64,000 bases of DNA from Piedraia hortae CBS 480.64 (Eukaryota). The stretch is taken from contig MU005962.1 in the NCBI GenBank assembly GCA_010093745.1, positions 1-64,000 of the forward strand, written 5' to 3'. The notes below the pieces were generated by a model that ran no database searches, had not been told where the DNA came from, and worked only from the letters and a program-made list of their open reading frames with translations. Positions 11,630 to 22,728 of the stretch are shown in pieces; the first letter of the stretch is position 1, and each line of letters begins with the position of its first letter. Made by a program: the position numbers and the translations under genes.

Positions 11630-13228
11630 ATGTCTAACACTCACACGCCCGAAATAGTCGAGCTTGTAAAGCTGCGTAGGCAGGTGGCCGAACAGCAGTC
11701 CCAGGGAGAAGTGTGTAGACGCCGACGAGATTCGGAAGATGAAGAGGTATGCTACGATTTTCCGTCCAAGTCGTGGGCGAGCGACTAACAGTTCACAGAC
11801 AGAGGCTAGTGAGAGACACGCAGCACGTGCAAATGACATCTTGTCGGAGGGGTGAACCTCCGAGGACTAAAGGGGAGCGAATATTGACGACAAAAGTTTT
11901 CACTCAACTTTTAGTGAAAAAGTGGATTTAGATGCCTATATCTATATGAGGTGAGGTTCGAAACCTTCCCCACACTACCTCAGTCTAACCGCATTCGCCA
12001 GGACAACGTCAGCGAACCATGCTCTTAAGCATGAACGAGACAATGACCCGTCCCAGGGAAGACTTCCTCTATAGAGGTGAAAACCCTGAGAAGTTTCGAC
12101 TCCTATCTACAGTTGTGGTCATGGTAGGTGCCACATCCTTCTGACACATCTCGAATGTTCGCGCCATGCAGCGCGAGGCAAATTGGCACGCCTTCTTATA
12201 CGGGTCGAAGGTGGGCCTGGACACCATCATTCAGAAGCACATGGACCCATTGTCCATTGACTCAGAGGCGCTAGCATTGATTGTGGGCACCATGTAGAGA
12301 CATCAACGTAGTTGCCTACCCTACGCGGATACCGACCAGCACGTCGCTCTTCAACCTACAGCAGCATAAGGCCTACGCTAACGGCATAACATTAAATAAC
12401 CACATGACGTTACGTAACATCTGTATAGACTACCGTGACGCAGAAGGTGTGTCGTGGGTCAACAGCGCTGCGCCCGAGATGAGTGCTGCGGCCTCGGACG
12501 ATCAGGTACCCTGCATGAACAACTTCATGAACGTGATCGGTCATGCCGGTGACGATGAGATCATCTGTTTTGGCGTCCATGAGTGCACAAGCGCCGTCGT
12601 GTGTTGACTAAAACTATCGAGTCGGCACGACGCACCGTTGAGCTAGGCAGGTTGTGGACGCCCGTAGGCTGCCAGAGATACAGCCGGGATGGCAAAGGCA
12701 CGTGGTGGACTTGTGAAGTCACAGCGGCGAGACGGAGGTCGTACTTCGTGGAGAGGTGGGAGCCGAACTTTCTTGCCTGCTGGAAGCCGATGAGGGGCTT
12801 CCTTGACATTCAGCCGTCCGCGAACAAGGGCAAATGGTTTCTTGAAAGTAAGTTCGCATTCCATCATGTACCAGCATATGACGCTGACGAGCTTCAACGG
12901 CCATTTATTGGAGACGCTACGATATGTCTGCGCGTGCCAAAGGTACGCGTCGTTCCTCGCAGCCAGCCGCGGGAGACAGTCTGGCGAGGACTCGGAGGAG
13001 GAGACTCCCGCAGGCTCTTCGACGGTCCAGGACAAGACCGCGCGGGACAAGCGGATGGCGGCCTATGATCAAATGTTCGTGCAGGACATGATCGTCAATT
13101 CCGGCCTGAAACGGTCAAACTTCACCGATGCCCAGGCCCGTGTCATAGGTCAGAAGCACAAGCCTGTCGAGGACAAATCTGTCCATTCGCGCATACAGCG
13201 CCACATGAGGCCATCACCGGAGGATTAA
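11630..13228 (+). pseudogene. Second (accessory) gene of the transposon, unknown family, interrupted by a solo LTR
   Basis: ATG 11630 (MSNTHTPEIVELVKLRRQVAEQ..), intron GTATGC...CTAAC...CAG; frame continues across the LTR once it and one TSD are removed (ANDISNVRAMQREANWHAFLYG); later pieces are ORFs 12281-12607, 12583-13068 and 12803-13228. Confidence 0.6.
11842..12146. mobile_element. Solo LTR (305 bp), TSD CATCT
   Basis: TGTC...GACA termini; CATCT at 11837-41 and 12147-51; homologous inverted copy at 27786-28092. Confidence 0.92.
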
Positions 13229-13369
13229 TAGTCATCCACTGCCGTTCGTAGAATGCCACCTTCATGTCCCTGAGTTTTCGCGAAACAATCCTGCGCAGCA
13301 TCATCCTTCGACTGTGACGACGTTCCAATGGCGTGAACTGATGATACTGAGCTCCAGTCACGTGCCAAT

Positions 13370-13880
13370 AGCCATATGCCGCTTAGTCACCACGTCATAC
13401 TTAGCCACTTGGCCGTACATAGCCGCTAGTTCCATTTAACCGCTAATCACTTTTTCAGCTGGTATAAAGTCTCTACCAAGCAGACAAGCCGTCAAACTTG
13501 ACTTTAGGTGCCAATACAGTCAGTAATAAGCCATTTAGCTGGTAGATTTCGCTTAGCCACTAAACTCATTTTTAGCTGCTTTTAAAGTCACTAATAAACT
13601 AGATAGCCGCTAAATTTGTCTTTCACTGCTCACCAAGTCACTAGTGAGCTACTTAGCCAGTAGATTCCACTTAACTGTTAATCTCAGATGAAGCTGCTGA
13701 TGAAGGTTTTAGACAACACGACAGTCGCTATGCTAATCTTATCGCCTTGCCAGTTGCTTTCTAAATGAGTCGCTAGTATTTCTAGCTGCTTTGTAAGTAA
13801 TGCTGCTAAGTTATTGCAGCCATTTTGAAGACGCTATTCGTGTTAGTGGAATCCTAAGTGCTACGTTGAGAATTAGCCGA
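13370..13880. repeat. Right subterminal repeat array of the transposon
   Basis: Recurring TAGCCGCT / TAGCCACT / TAGCTG / AGTCACTA motifs mirroring the left end (6300-6860). Confidence 0.7.
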
Positions 13881-13959
13881 CCGCAAAAACCCCACCCCCG
13901 CGGCTAGGTATGATGTATATATGGCAATACATCTCTGCATGATCTGTCCGTTCTTTCCG

Positions 13960-14700
13960 GCTTCAGATGAAATGTATGATTCAGAGGCTGGGGCAAGTTA
14001 TATTTGGTGGAAATATTCGATGAATTGTTCACCCCTGTCAAATAAAGTGCGAGCGAGGTCGCAGAATCTTGGCGTGTGACGGCCCGCGCCGAGCCGTTGA
14101 CTAGATCGACATCCTTCAAAAGGAACCTGCCAAGTAATGGCATGATCTGAAGGCGAATTGTTCTTTTATTGGCTCGCATAACTACAAGAACAGCTTCTAG
14201 GTGACATTGCGGCTCTCGTTTTCTTCTACAGTTTCGCCTTGGCCGCGACAACAAGTGACCTTTCACGGATGCAGTTGAATTCACGACTTGACGGCCGTCT
14301 GGCATGCATCGCTTGCGAGGGTCATTCCCCAGCTGGCCATAATACTGCTGCGCATCCCGATCATGTTCAGCACCGCAGCAACAAGCGACCATAACATACC
14401 CACGGCACCAGGCGAAAGAGGCCGGAAACTTCATCGTGAACCTCCTGGGCCGTGCAAAGGATGCGGACGCAGACACGACGACAAGGGCTTGGCAACGGAC
14501 TGGCGATACTGAAACAGATTGGTTGCGGCCTGGGGAAGACGCAGGACGATATGACGTAGATGCTGCTGTGGACGAGGGCCATGTTTGCGGATAAGAGGGA
14601 AGCGAAGGAGGTGGAGTCAGACTACATGAGCCCGAAACGAGCAACGCCAGCGCTGCCGGACCTGTAACAGTTGCGGCCGTCGCACAGGGGTGGCGGGAGA
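13960..14700 (+). pseudogene. Degenerate duplicate of the MGM1 promoter and 5' coding region
   Basis: TCTTGGCGTGTGACGGCCCGCGCCGAGCCGTTGA matches ~36438-36471; TAVWHASLARVIPQLAIILLRIPIMF matches MGM1 TTVRHASFSRVIPQLAMKLLRVPAMF; frameshifted and truncated before the GTPase domain. Confidence 0.88.
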
Positions 14701-14889
14701 GGAGAGTAAAAGGTACGAAGGCACGGCGGCCGGGGACGTGGAGCTGATGTAGTTGCTTGATACGGCCATCAGGTTTTACGTTTGGTCCAATGATGTGGAA
14801 ATTATTAGCATATCGTGTGACCATGCAGTGCACAACCTTTAGAGAGGCGGGGCTTGGACATACTTCTGGCCCACAAGCGTCTGACAATC

Positions 14890-15100
14890 CATCTCAACCT
14901 GCAGTAACTTCGATGTCTTGTCCAGGGTGACCGTTGAATAGCTCGCAGCCTCCAATTACCTGCCCATCAAGTGACTCGAATAGGCAGTAATGTCTCCTTG
15001 TTCCTCTCCAATGGTGGAGAGGGGGGAAGTTCAGCCCAGGTACCGTAGAATAGTCAGCACTTCGGTCCCGGGTCAACAGATTGAAGTCGCTCAGCACCAC
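14890..15100 (-). pseudogene. Possible LINE endonuclease fragment
   Basis: VLSDFNL resembles the APE-type xGDFN motif; otherwise weak. Confidence 0.3.
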
Positions 15101-15360
15101 ACTTGCTTATTAGAATGAGAAAAGCGCTATTAAGATTCGACCAAGACAACCGATCTAGGAGCTGCATTGAAAACTTCTTTTCCGAATCAAGAATTATAAA
15201 AGTTTCAGTGCACACCGCAAGAAAGACCGACTTGAAGTGGACCATTCATCACAGACAAACAAAGCTAGAATATGTTGAGAGAAAGGATAACAGACCGGGG
15301 AGAAGCAAAAAGTGGATATAAAATGGAAACTGTAGCCGCCAAACGCCATGCAACCGTTGA

Positions 15361-16024
15361 CTAACATGAACATCCCTGATCCCGATCGCCAATGTTAATC
15401 GGGATTGTCTCTGGAAAGTCGGGGTTGAAGTCCTGGCTTTCGCCCTGTGCTAATGCGTTCCTTGCAATAACTACGGGTGTTAGTATACAGTCTTTCGCTT
15501 TGTCGTGGCAACTCACCTTCAAAGGCTTGATCGACATTTGTCGCCTCCTTCGCACTCGTCTCAAAGTAAGGTATACCGCCCTTTGCCTGACAAAACGCCG
15601 TTGCCCTCTTGTTGCTCACGACGCGCTTATCGCCGCCGACATCAACTTTGTTTCCTAGCACAACAAAAGGGAAGCTTTCTGGATCCATCGGACTAGCTTG
15701 GACCAGGAACTCATCCCTCCAGCTGTCCAGCGTGTCGAAGCTCTTTGCGTTGTTAACGTCGTACACAAGCACACAACAGTCCGCGCCACGATAGAAAGCA
15801 ACACCAAGCGATTGGAACCGCTCCTGTCCCGCCGTATCCCACAACTGCAGCGTTACAAGCCGGTCGTCGACCAGGACCTCCTTTGTCAAGAAATCGGCGC
15901 CAATGGTGGCTTTGTACGAGGCAGAAAACTTCTTGTTGACGAATTGGTTCATCAGACTGGTCTTGCCGACACCAGAATCGCCCAGGATAATAACCTTGAG
16001 CAGAATCTTCTTGCGCGAGGCCAT
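15361..16024 (-). CDS. YPT7: Rab7-family GTPase
   Basis: [24 protein letters not shown] motifs; one intron 15471-15516; C-terminal CSC prenylation motif. Confidence 0.97.
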
Positions 16025-16140
16025 TGCAGTCAATGTTGTTGGTGATGATGAGGTCGGCCGTGACCGGGAGGGGTGAGGGGCTACGGAACGGCCCGGGGGA
16101 AATACGGTCCGGGCCGGCCACTATATTAGTTAGAATTCGC

Positions 16141-16800
16141 TCACACATCATCTAGCCCCCTCTTGCTCCATTCCCATTTCCAGAAGCTTATGCCGGGAAA
16201 TGTTGCTACTACCCTCCCGGTGATTAATGCCAAAGGCAAGGGGCCATACATTCTCGAGTCACGGCTCCATGTGAGATTATCTCCTGTCACCCAGCAATGG
16301 CCTTCTGGAACCTGCAGCATTTTATTTCGGCTTGAATTGCCAACCACAAAATCCCCCGGCATCCCAATTACCCGCTTGAGCGCGTAGTCGCCTTCTCGCA
16401 CGGGATGCTTGAACGTGACCAAGTCTCCAATACCTACTCCCCGTCCTCGTCGCTCATACTTGCTAATGACTAGTGCCTGTCCTTCGGGAGGGATAGTGGG
16501 CAGCATGGAAATTCCCCATGCCGGCTCGATGGAGTAGACGTATTCGATAAAGATGTGAGTCCCAGCCAGTACTGCCAGGGCAATCTGCCAGTTGATCAGG
16601 CTGGACTTGGATCGGATTGTAGCCAGTGTTCTTTTGAGCTTCAAGAGGAGATAGCGTTCCGGGGAAAGCGGTGGCTCTGGAGAAGATTCGGGTTCGAGTT
16701 CGGGCCTCCTCGGGCCTGGTCTAGAAATTCTTTGGTGGTGCTTTGGTTGAGGAGGCAAACGCGTCGAGTAGAGCCTTGACTGGCGAACGATGCGCCGCAT
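16141..16800 (-). CDS. IMP1: Mitochondrial inner membrane peptidase subunit 1 (S26)
   Basis: GISMLPT (Ser), LKRVIGMPGD (Lys), VPEGHCWVTGDN, SRDSRMYGPLP; presequence-like N-terminus. Confidence 0.9.
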   Translation of the reverse strand: MRRIVRQSRLYSTRLPPQPKHHQRISRPGPRRPELEPESSPEPPLSPERYLLLKLKRTLATIRSKSSLINWQIALAVLAGTHIFIEYVYSIEPAWGISMLPTIPPEGQALVISKYERRGRGVGIGDLVTFKHPVREGDYALKRVIGMPGDFVVGNSSRNKMLQVPEGHCWVTGDNLTWSRDSRMYGPLPLALITGRVVATFPGISFWKWEWSKRGLDDV

Positions 16801-16934
16801 AACGATTCCTTTGTCCGTACGATGACCGACGCGCGACGCACGGCCGTGTGATTTGTCACAAATTGCACGTGATGCCTCCCTTCAGGATCCGTCAAGCCGA
16901 CCAAGACGCTAGTGTTTGCGACATTGGCCATGTA

Positions 16935-18476
16935 ATGCCTCTGACATCTTTCAACGAGCTGCCGACACATGCATTAGGAGCGTCGACGTCAGATAGACGA
17001 CGCTTCCGGGTGCGGTGGGTGGAGCGCAAGTGCTGCCACTTCCTGGCGCATTTCCCGCTTCTTATCGTCCATGGCCTTACGGCCTGGGCCATCTGGGTCC
17101 ACCTGAACATTGTATTTCTCATGGAATCATCGCCATGGCACATTACCGAAGCTGTGGTCGGCTTCGCGCTGTATCTCCTGTCTAATGTCTCCTACGCTGT
17201 CGCCGTCTTTACCTCTCCCGGAAGCCCGCTGGATCCGCGATGCGACTGGAGCAAGACGTCGAGAGGAGGATATGAGGGTTTGCCAACGCACCAAGATGAT
17301 GATGATGATGATGGCTACAAGACCGATGGTATGACGACGGTGACGGCCAAGAATAGCTCCGGCAGGCCGCGGTACTGCAACAAATGCCAGACTGTCAAGC
17401 CAGACAGAGCCCACCACTGTTCGTCATGCGGCCGCTGCGTCTTAAAGATGGACCACCACTGCCCCTGGCTAGCAACATGCGTCGGGCTGCGCAACTATAA
17501 GCCCTTCCTCCTCTTCCTCATTTACGTCAGCTGTTTTTGCTGGGTATGCCTTATCTCCTCAGGCTCCTGGATCTGGGGTGAGGTGGGTGAAGAAGTGCCA
17601 GCGGAACAAGGTATCAACGCTGTCAACGCCGTCATGTTGGCTGTCCTCGCACTCGTTATTGGCATAGCCTTAACGGGCTTCACAATCTGGCACATATACC
17701 TCGCACTCACCAATCAAACCACCATCGAATCACTTGAAAAAACTCGCTATCTGGCGCCATTCCACGAATCTTCTCTGCCGCATCAAGATTCCGATGATGT
17801 GCCGCTCGCGCAGCGTGTGAAGGAAATCCATGCAAACGTTATTCCCGGTGTAACTCGCCCGGAAGAAGGTGAAGCGTCTTCGCCCAGCCGTAGTCCCGCC
17901 GCGGATAGTCTCCAGCGTAGCTACGCATCTATGGAAGCGAGGCGCGATCGTGAGCGTTACCGTTCGTACCAAGACGAGCTCGACAGCGAGGCGTTGCCCA
18001 ATGCCTTCGATCTCGGTTGGAAGCGGAATCTCCTGTCTATTTTCGGAGCGAAGCCGCTCTTTTGGGGTCTACCAGTCTGCAACACCCCAGGTGACGGCTG
18101 GTCGTGGCCTGTGAATCCGTCTTGGATTGAGCTTCGCGCAGAGTTGGCCCGCACACGCGCACAGCGCGAGCGGGAAGAAAACTTTTGGTCTTGGGCGGAC
18201 AGCGACTCTCTCCGATCGTTTGCGGGTCCAAGGTCCCTAAGATGGACCCCCGGCAGGGGCTTTGTAGACGTTGCCGCTGCATCAGCTAAGCCGCCCAAGA
18301 TGCAGGCTAGAATAGAACCGCATCCCATGGGCCCTAAACGCGAAGGGGCCGCCTCAAAATCCAACAAGAGGATTCAGGAGGAGAATTGGAATGATATTCC
18401 CGACAATATGCTTGTTCCTCCGGTAAGGGCCTCCTCGGCCAGGAGCCCGAGTCCGACTCGTTGGAAAGGCGATTAG
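16935..18476 (+). CDS. PFA3: DHHC palmitoyltransferase, Pfa3-like
   Basis: CNKC..KPDRAHHCSSCGRCVLKMDHHCPW, four TM segments, NQTTIE, NAFDLGWKRN; intronless; start chosen at first plausible ATG. Confidence 0.9.
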   Translation: MPLTSFNELPTHALGASTSDRRRFRVRWVERKCCHFLAHFPLLIVHGLTAWAIWVHLNIVFLMESSPWHITEAVVGFALYLLSNVSYAVAVFTSPGSPLDPRCDWSKTSRGGYEGLPTHQDDDDDDGYKTDGMTTVTAKNSSGRPRYCNKCQTVKPDRAHHCSSCGRCVLKMDHHCPWLATCVGLRNYKPFLLFLIYVSCFCWVCLISSGSWIWGEVGEEVPAEQGINAVNAVMLAVLALVIGIALTGFTIWHIYLALTNQTTIESLEKTRYLAPFHESSLPHQDSDDVPLAQRVKEIHANVIPGVTRPEEGEASSPSRSPAADSLQRSYASMEARRDRERYRSYQDELDSEALPNAFDLGWKRNLLSIFGAKPLFWGLPVCNTPGDGWSWPVNPSWIELRAELARTRAQREREENFWSWADSDSLRSFAGPRSLRWTPGRGFVDVAAASAKPPKMQARIEPHPMGPKREGAASKSNKRIQEENWNDIPDNMLVPPVRASSARSPSPTRWKGD

Positions 18477-18633
18477 AATAGGTAATGTAATCTTGATGGG
18501 TGATACTCTTTTATTCTTCTGGAATGCTCTGTACCTGTGGTAGATAGACAACGGGTCTTTTCTTTGTGCAGATGTCATTTGCTGTGCACGAAATGCAGAT
18601 GAATTTTCGCCCGCGTCTCGCATTTTCTGATGC

Positions 18634-18660
18634 AAAAAAAAAAAAAAAAAAAAAAAAAAA
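18634..18660 (-). terminator. Poly-T Pol III terminator of the tRNA (A run on + strand)
   Basis: About 27 A on the + strand, ~15 nt downstream of the tRNA 3' end. Confidence 0.6.
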
Positions 18661-18674
18661 TAGAAAAAATATAC

Positions 18675-18789
18675 TACGAGCGCCCGGGCTCGAACCGGGG
18701 GTCTTCTGTGCGCTGACAGGAATGAGCTTCAAGTGAACCCGAAGCCACCTCTGTTAGACAGATGTGGTAACCAACTGCACCACGCTCGC
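18675..18789 (-). tRNA. tRNA-Val(AAC) with 41-nt intron
   Basis: Acceptor GCGAGCG/CGCTCGT, D-arm TGGTGCAGTTGGTTACCAC, anticodon stem TCTGT/ACAGA with loop CT-AAC-A, intron at the canonical 37/38 position, T-arm CCCGG-TTCGAGC-CCGGG. Confidence 0.93.
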
Positions 18790-19472
18790 TAGTTATATTA
18801 TTACGACAACGTAAAGCAAATTCATACATCGTGCGCACGCGGTAAAACTTTCAAGATAATGCTTTGCGACTCAACAAACAACCTCATCGCTTTACTGGTT
18901 CAGATCAGATGCGAAGACGCGCAATCGAATCATCCCATAACCATAAAGACCAGATTCGTATACGTCTAGAGGAAAATCCTATCAAGAGACCAAGTACATC
19001 AACCGCATTCGCACTCATTGCCTTCCGACCAGCTTCAGCCAAAATAGCCAATGAGTGTACGCTGGAACATCCACTTCCCTCAAGGGAAATAAAGAGGCCC
19101 TTGTCTCAGCTTAAACTTAAGATGAGACCGAAACTTATGCAGTCTCGCTGCCAGTAACGGCGCATCACTCAAAGCTCAGTTCACAGAAGTAGATTTATTC
19201 AAGGTCAGCACGCATGCAGGTGTAACTTCTTCCCCTGAACTTGGGCACGGCAGGCGCAGAGCAGCGAAAATTTGTACATTCGCCTCGAATCTGTGTGCTG
19301 ACTGATTTCAGTTGATTGGACGCACTGTCCCAAAAGCTTGCACTCGTGCAGGTGAATGTCCACTTGCTGTAAGATAAACACTCCACCAAGCGTCACTTTC
19401 AGTTTTTATGCGTTGCCCAGTGACGCCTTCAGCATAACATGAGCGCAGCTGTCTTTTGACAACATCCGTAAC

Positions 19473-21107
19473 ATGGACACTGAAATAACCGACCCCGACA
19501 CGCTCATGTCATCTCCGCCGTACTCCCGCTCTGAGGGCCCGACGTCCGACCCATCTTTGCCTGAGTTCGCGTCGCCCGAGTCTCCTTTTCGTCCGCTTTC
19601 ATTGGAATCGCCGGCTTCGACGTATGCGCCCTCGCCCGCCGTGCAATTGTTTCTTAATGACACTGCAGCCTGGGATGCGTTGGAGCACCAAGGATACCCT
19701 TCAGGGGATAGCGTTTATGACACCTCGTCCGATTCGTCGGTCAGTTCTTCCGAAGATGACTACGTTCATGAATATGCGGCGGAGCTCATGGAAAAGGTAC
19801 CGCGTCCGACCAGGACCCTATGGGAGTAAGTCATCTTGAGTGTGTCTCGTTCATACTAATGTAGTCGTGGAGTTCGCATAACCACTGGATCTTTGACCTC
19901 TTTCGGGTGCCAGGCTCCCCACATGGAGTGTTCATATATGTCATGCACGCCGACTTTGAGCGGGCTCTCCGCGGCGGGCCGGCCAAGGTTAAGGCCCATT
20001 GGTCGGAAGAAAGAAAGGCCAAGGAGTATGCGCAGTTGCTTATGGAGGCTTTTGTCGTACAGCGCACGTGTCCGCAGCCGGGGCTTGGGCATTTGCTGCC
20101 AATGAATATCAACAAGATCGCTCCCTGGACCTGGGCCACTTCGAATGAAAGGCTTGCCTCCGCCATCAGAGGTCAAATCGAAACAACCTGTCTTGCACCG
20201 GAGCTGAAGGTCATTGGTCGCCCTTCTGTGATCCAAGCAGCTTTCTTTAACGATGCATGGAACACGATCAAACATGCGCTGACCACAGCTGTGCCCACAG
20301 AGGGGTTTCCCGCAACCGAGTGCTATGTCTGCACGCGCGGAGCCAAATATTTCCGCCTCAAAACATGTGCCCGTTGCTTGGAGGTGTTTTATTGCTCGAA
20401 AGTCTGTCAGACATGGCATTGGGCTGCTCACAGAGCCACTTGCTCTAACGTCCCGGCCATGAAAGATGCGGTGATGCAGGTCACCACAATTGCGCCTCAG
20501 CAGCTTGTTCCGCAAGAGCTTACGTCGTGGCTGAACTTTGATATGCTGGCGAATGCAGAGCGAGTGGGCTCAGTGGACTTTGTTCGATTCTTGTAAGACC
20601 CACCCTTACAAAAGGCATCCTCAGCTGACACCACAGTATAGCTACCCGTTGATTCGCCGCCTGGTGGTTACTGGCCATGACACGACCGACAACATGATAA
20701 TGCTGTTTGGCAGGTCGTGGCGTGAGGCAATCGGGCCTATTTGGAGCGACGTCCGCTTGCGAGCCTTGCTCAAGGCGCCTGCTTTCTCGGTTGAAGCTTT
20801 GCAACAAGCCATCATGGATTCCGGTACACCTCGTGACGCTCCTCGTCCGCCAACAAAGCAGGAACGATCGAGAATGCGCTTCGTTCTGGAAACGGAAGAC
20901 TTTCTGCGTAAACTCTTGGATGGGCGGAGAATTGTCGAAAGAGACGACTTGGTAGCGATGATGTTGCAATGGACCACTATCACGTGGCCTCGATGCCTTC
21001 ATGCTTTGAACATAGCGCTGCTGCGTATGTGTCCTGGTGAGATCGATCTTCCGGATGACATGCTGGCGATCAACGACTGCCGTTCAAGGGGATTCGCGTC
21101 AACTTAA
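19473..21107 (+). CDS. MYND-type zinc finger protein (3 exons)
   Basis: CYVC..CARCLEVFYCSKVCQTWHWAAHRATC; introns 19826-19872 and 20593-20641 restore one frame (acceptor choice inferred). Confidence 0.75.
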
Positions 21108-21663
21108 GCCAGAAGTGATCGAAGGGGTGGGTTTACTGCGGGGAGTAGCAGGCGTTTGTTGCATACTGGCGGTATACTGGTAGACACTCCGTAGCAATTC
21201 CTCTGCCTGAGATGAATCCTGGTTCCCCTTGTCCACTCCAATTAGGTTGGGATGTGCAGCGGAACGTCTCCGCCCCATGCAACCACGCAATCTGCTTCAA
21301 CGGCATGCTATACCAGTATCTTCTGCTATAAAGCTCAGATACCTCCCTTTTGCATATTATCTATGACATGATAATATACCCCATTCTAGCCGACATCTAG
21401 CTCGTTATGTATGCCACCCTCGCGGCCAACTGAATGCGGAAAGCAATGGACAACATTCATTGCCACTATAGCTAGCAGGTGAAGAACTGAAAGAAAAGCG
21501 CAACCAAGCGCTCCAATTTAAACCTATAGTATACAGTACATAGTCCATTGCGAAACCCAGAGAACTGCCCGCCTACCGCTTGACCAAACACCAATTTCCA
21601 ATCCCGACCCGTCCCGACCCAGCACTCTTAACGAAACCAGGCCACTGAACGAATTGAAATGCC

Positions 21664-22118
21664 TCAATTCTCCTTCCCTTGCTCCCCTTCGCCCGTCTTC
21701 TCCTGCCCGGCCTTGATTTGAATCTCCAAGGTGTCCAATCTCCGGGACATATCATCAACTAAGTCACGCCATCAATATCTACGCAAGGGGAAACAAAAGG
21801 GGCAGAATCATACTCTTCCCCAAGATCTCTCCAGACAACCGACCAAACTTAACGGTGAGGTGGTTCAGCAAATCATCGATTTGGGAGGACAGCTCCGACT
21901 GCTCTGTTGCTGCATCGGGAAGAGGATCCTTGGCTTTGGCTTCTGTAGGTTGTACGCTTGATTGCGTTGGCGTCTGGGCATCCTTGTGTGAATAGCTCGT
22001 TCTTGGACCATTGGATTTGCATGGGGTTTCGAACCTTGAGGTGTTCATCTTCTGCGGCAGAGGAATCGTTCAAATTCAGCTGGTCGACTTTTGCGGAGGC
22101 GGAGAGAGCCACTGCCAT
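21664..22118 (-). CDS. Heat shock factor binding protein 1 family
   Basis: ELSSQIDDLLNHLTVKFGRLSGEILGK / DDMSRRLDTLE coiled coil; probably two introns, boundaries of the first uncertain. Confidence 0.85.
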
Positions 22119-22728
22119 GTTTCAGACTGGGGTTGGTAGTGGTCTGTAAACACAACATGCACGGGTATGGCAACCGGTTATTCTTCGGCTAAATATTGCG
22201 GAGAGGAAGATGGATACGACTGCAGATGGAAAGCAGGGACGGATATGGGCTGACATAGGCGTACGATGGGAGAGGGATCTACGCAAAATGCAGGAAAGCA
22301 GAATATGGAGGGTAAGTCTTACGAAGAGCTTGAGCTTGAAGGGGGGATCGAGTGTGGCCCATTCAATAGTAGATGTGATGGTCTAAAACCACCACTTCCA
22401 TTCCTCTCATGCTCACCCACAAATTATTCAGTCTCACTGCCCAGTTCTGCTTTCGTCAGGTGAAGTCGTCGTCCCCACTATGTATTAGCGGGTCTTTCGA
22501 GGTTGACTTCGCCCCCTTCACTTAGAGATCCTGGAGCAAGCCTGTTATCCGGAGCATGTCATAGCAGCAACTATAACGAAATTGCAAATCACCTTGACAC
22601 TGACCTTCGCTGAAATGTGATCAGTATCTAGCGTCGGATCGGCTCTTCCTCGGCTGCCCGCGAGTCATTTGACACTTGCACTTCGACAAAAAAAAGTGAG
22701 AGCCACTTTGATTTAACGACATCGCAAC

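Larger units (their letters stand above)
6277..13908. mobile_element. Full-length 7.6-kb TIR DNA transposon, CACTA/CMC (EnSpm/Plavaka)-like, with two divergent genes
   Basis: TIRs CCTAGCCGCGGGGATGGGGTGTTTG (from 6277) and CAAAAACCCCACCCCCGCGGCTAGG (to 13908); TA on both sides (6275-76, 13909-10); subterminal TAGCCRCT-type repeats at both ends; internal DDE transposase. Confidence 0.85.

Noticed and set aside
13904..14887. 327-aa minus-strand ORF
   Set aside because: Antisense shadow of the MGM1 pseudogene; no recognisable motifs.
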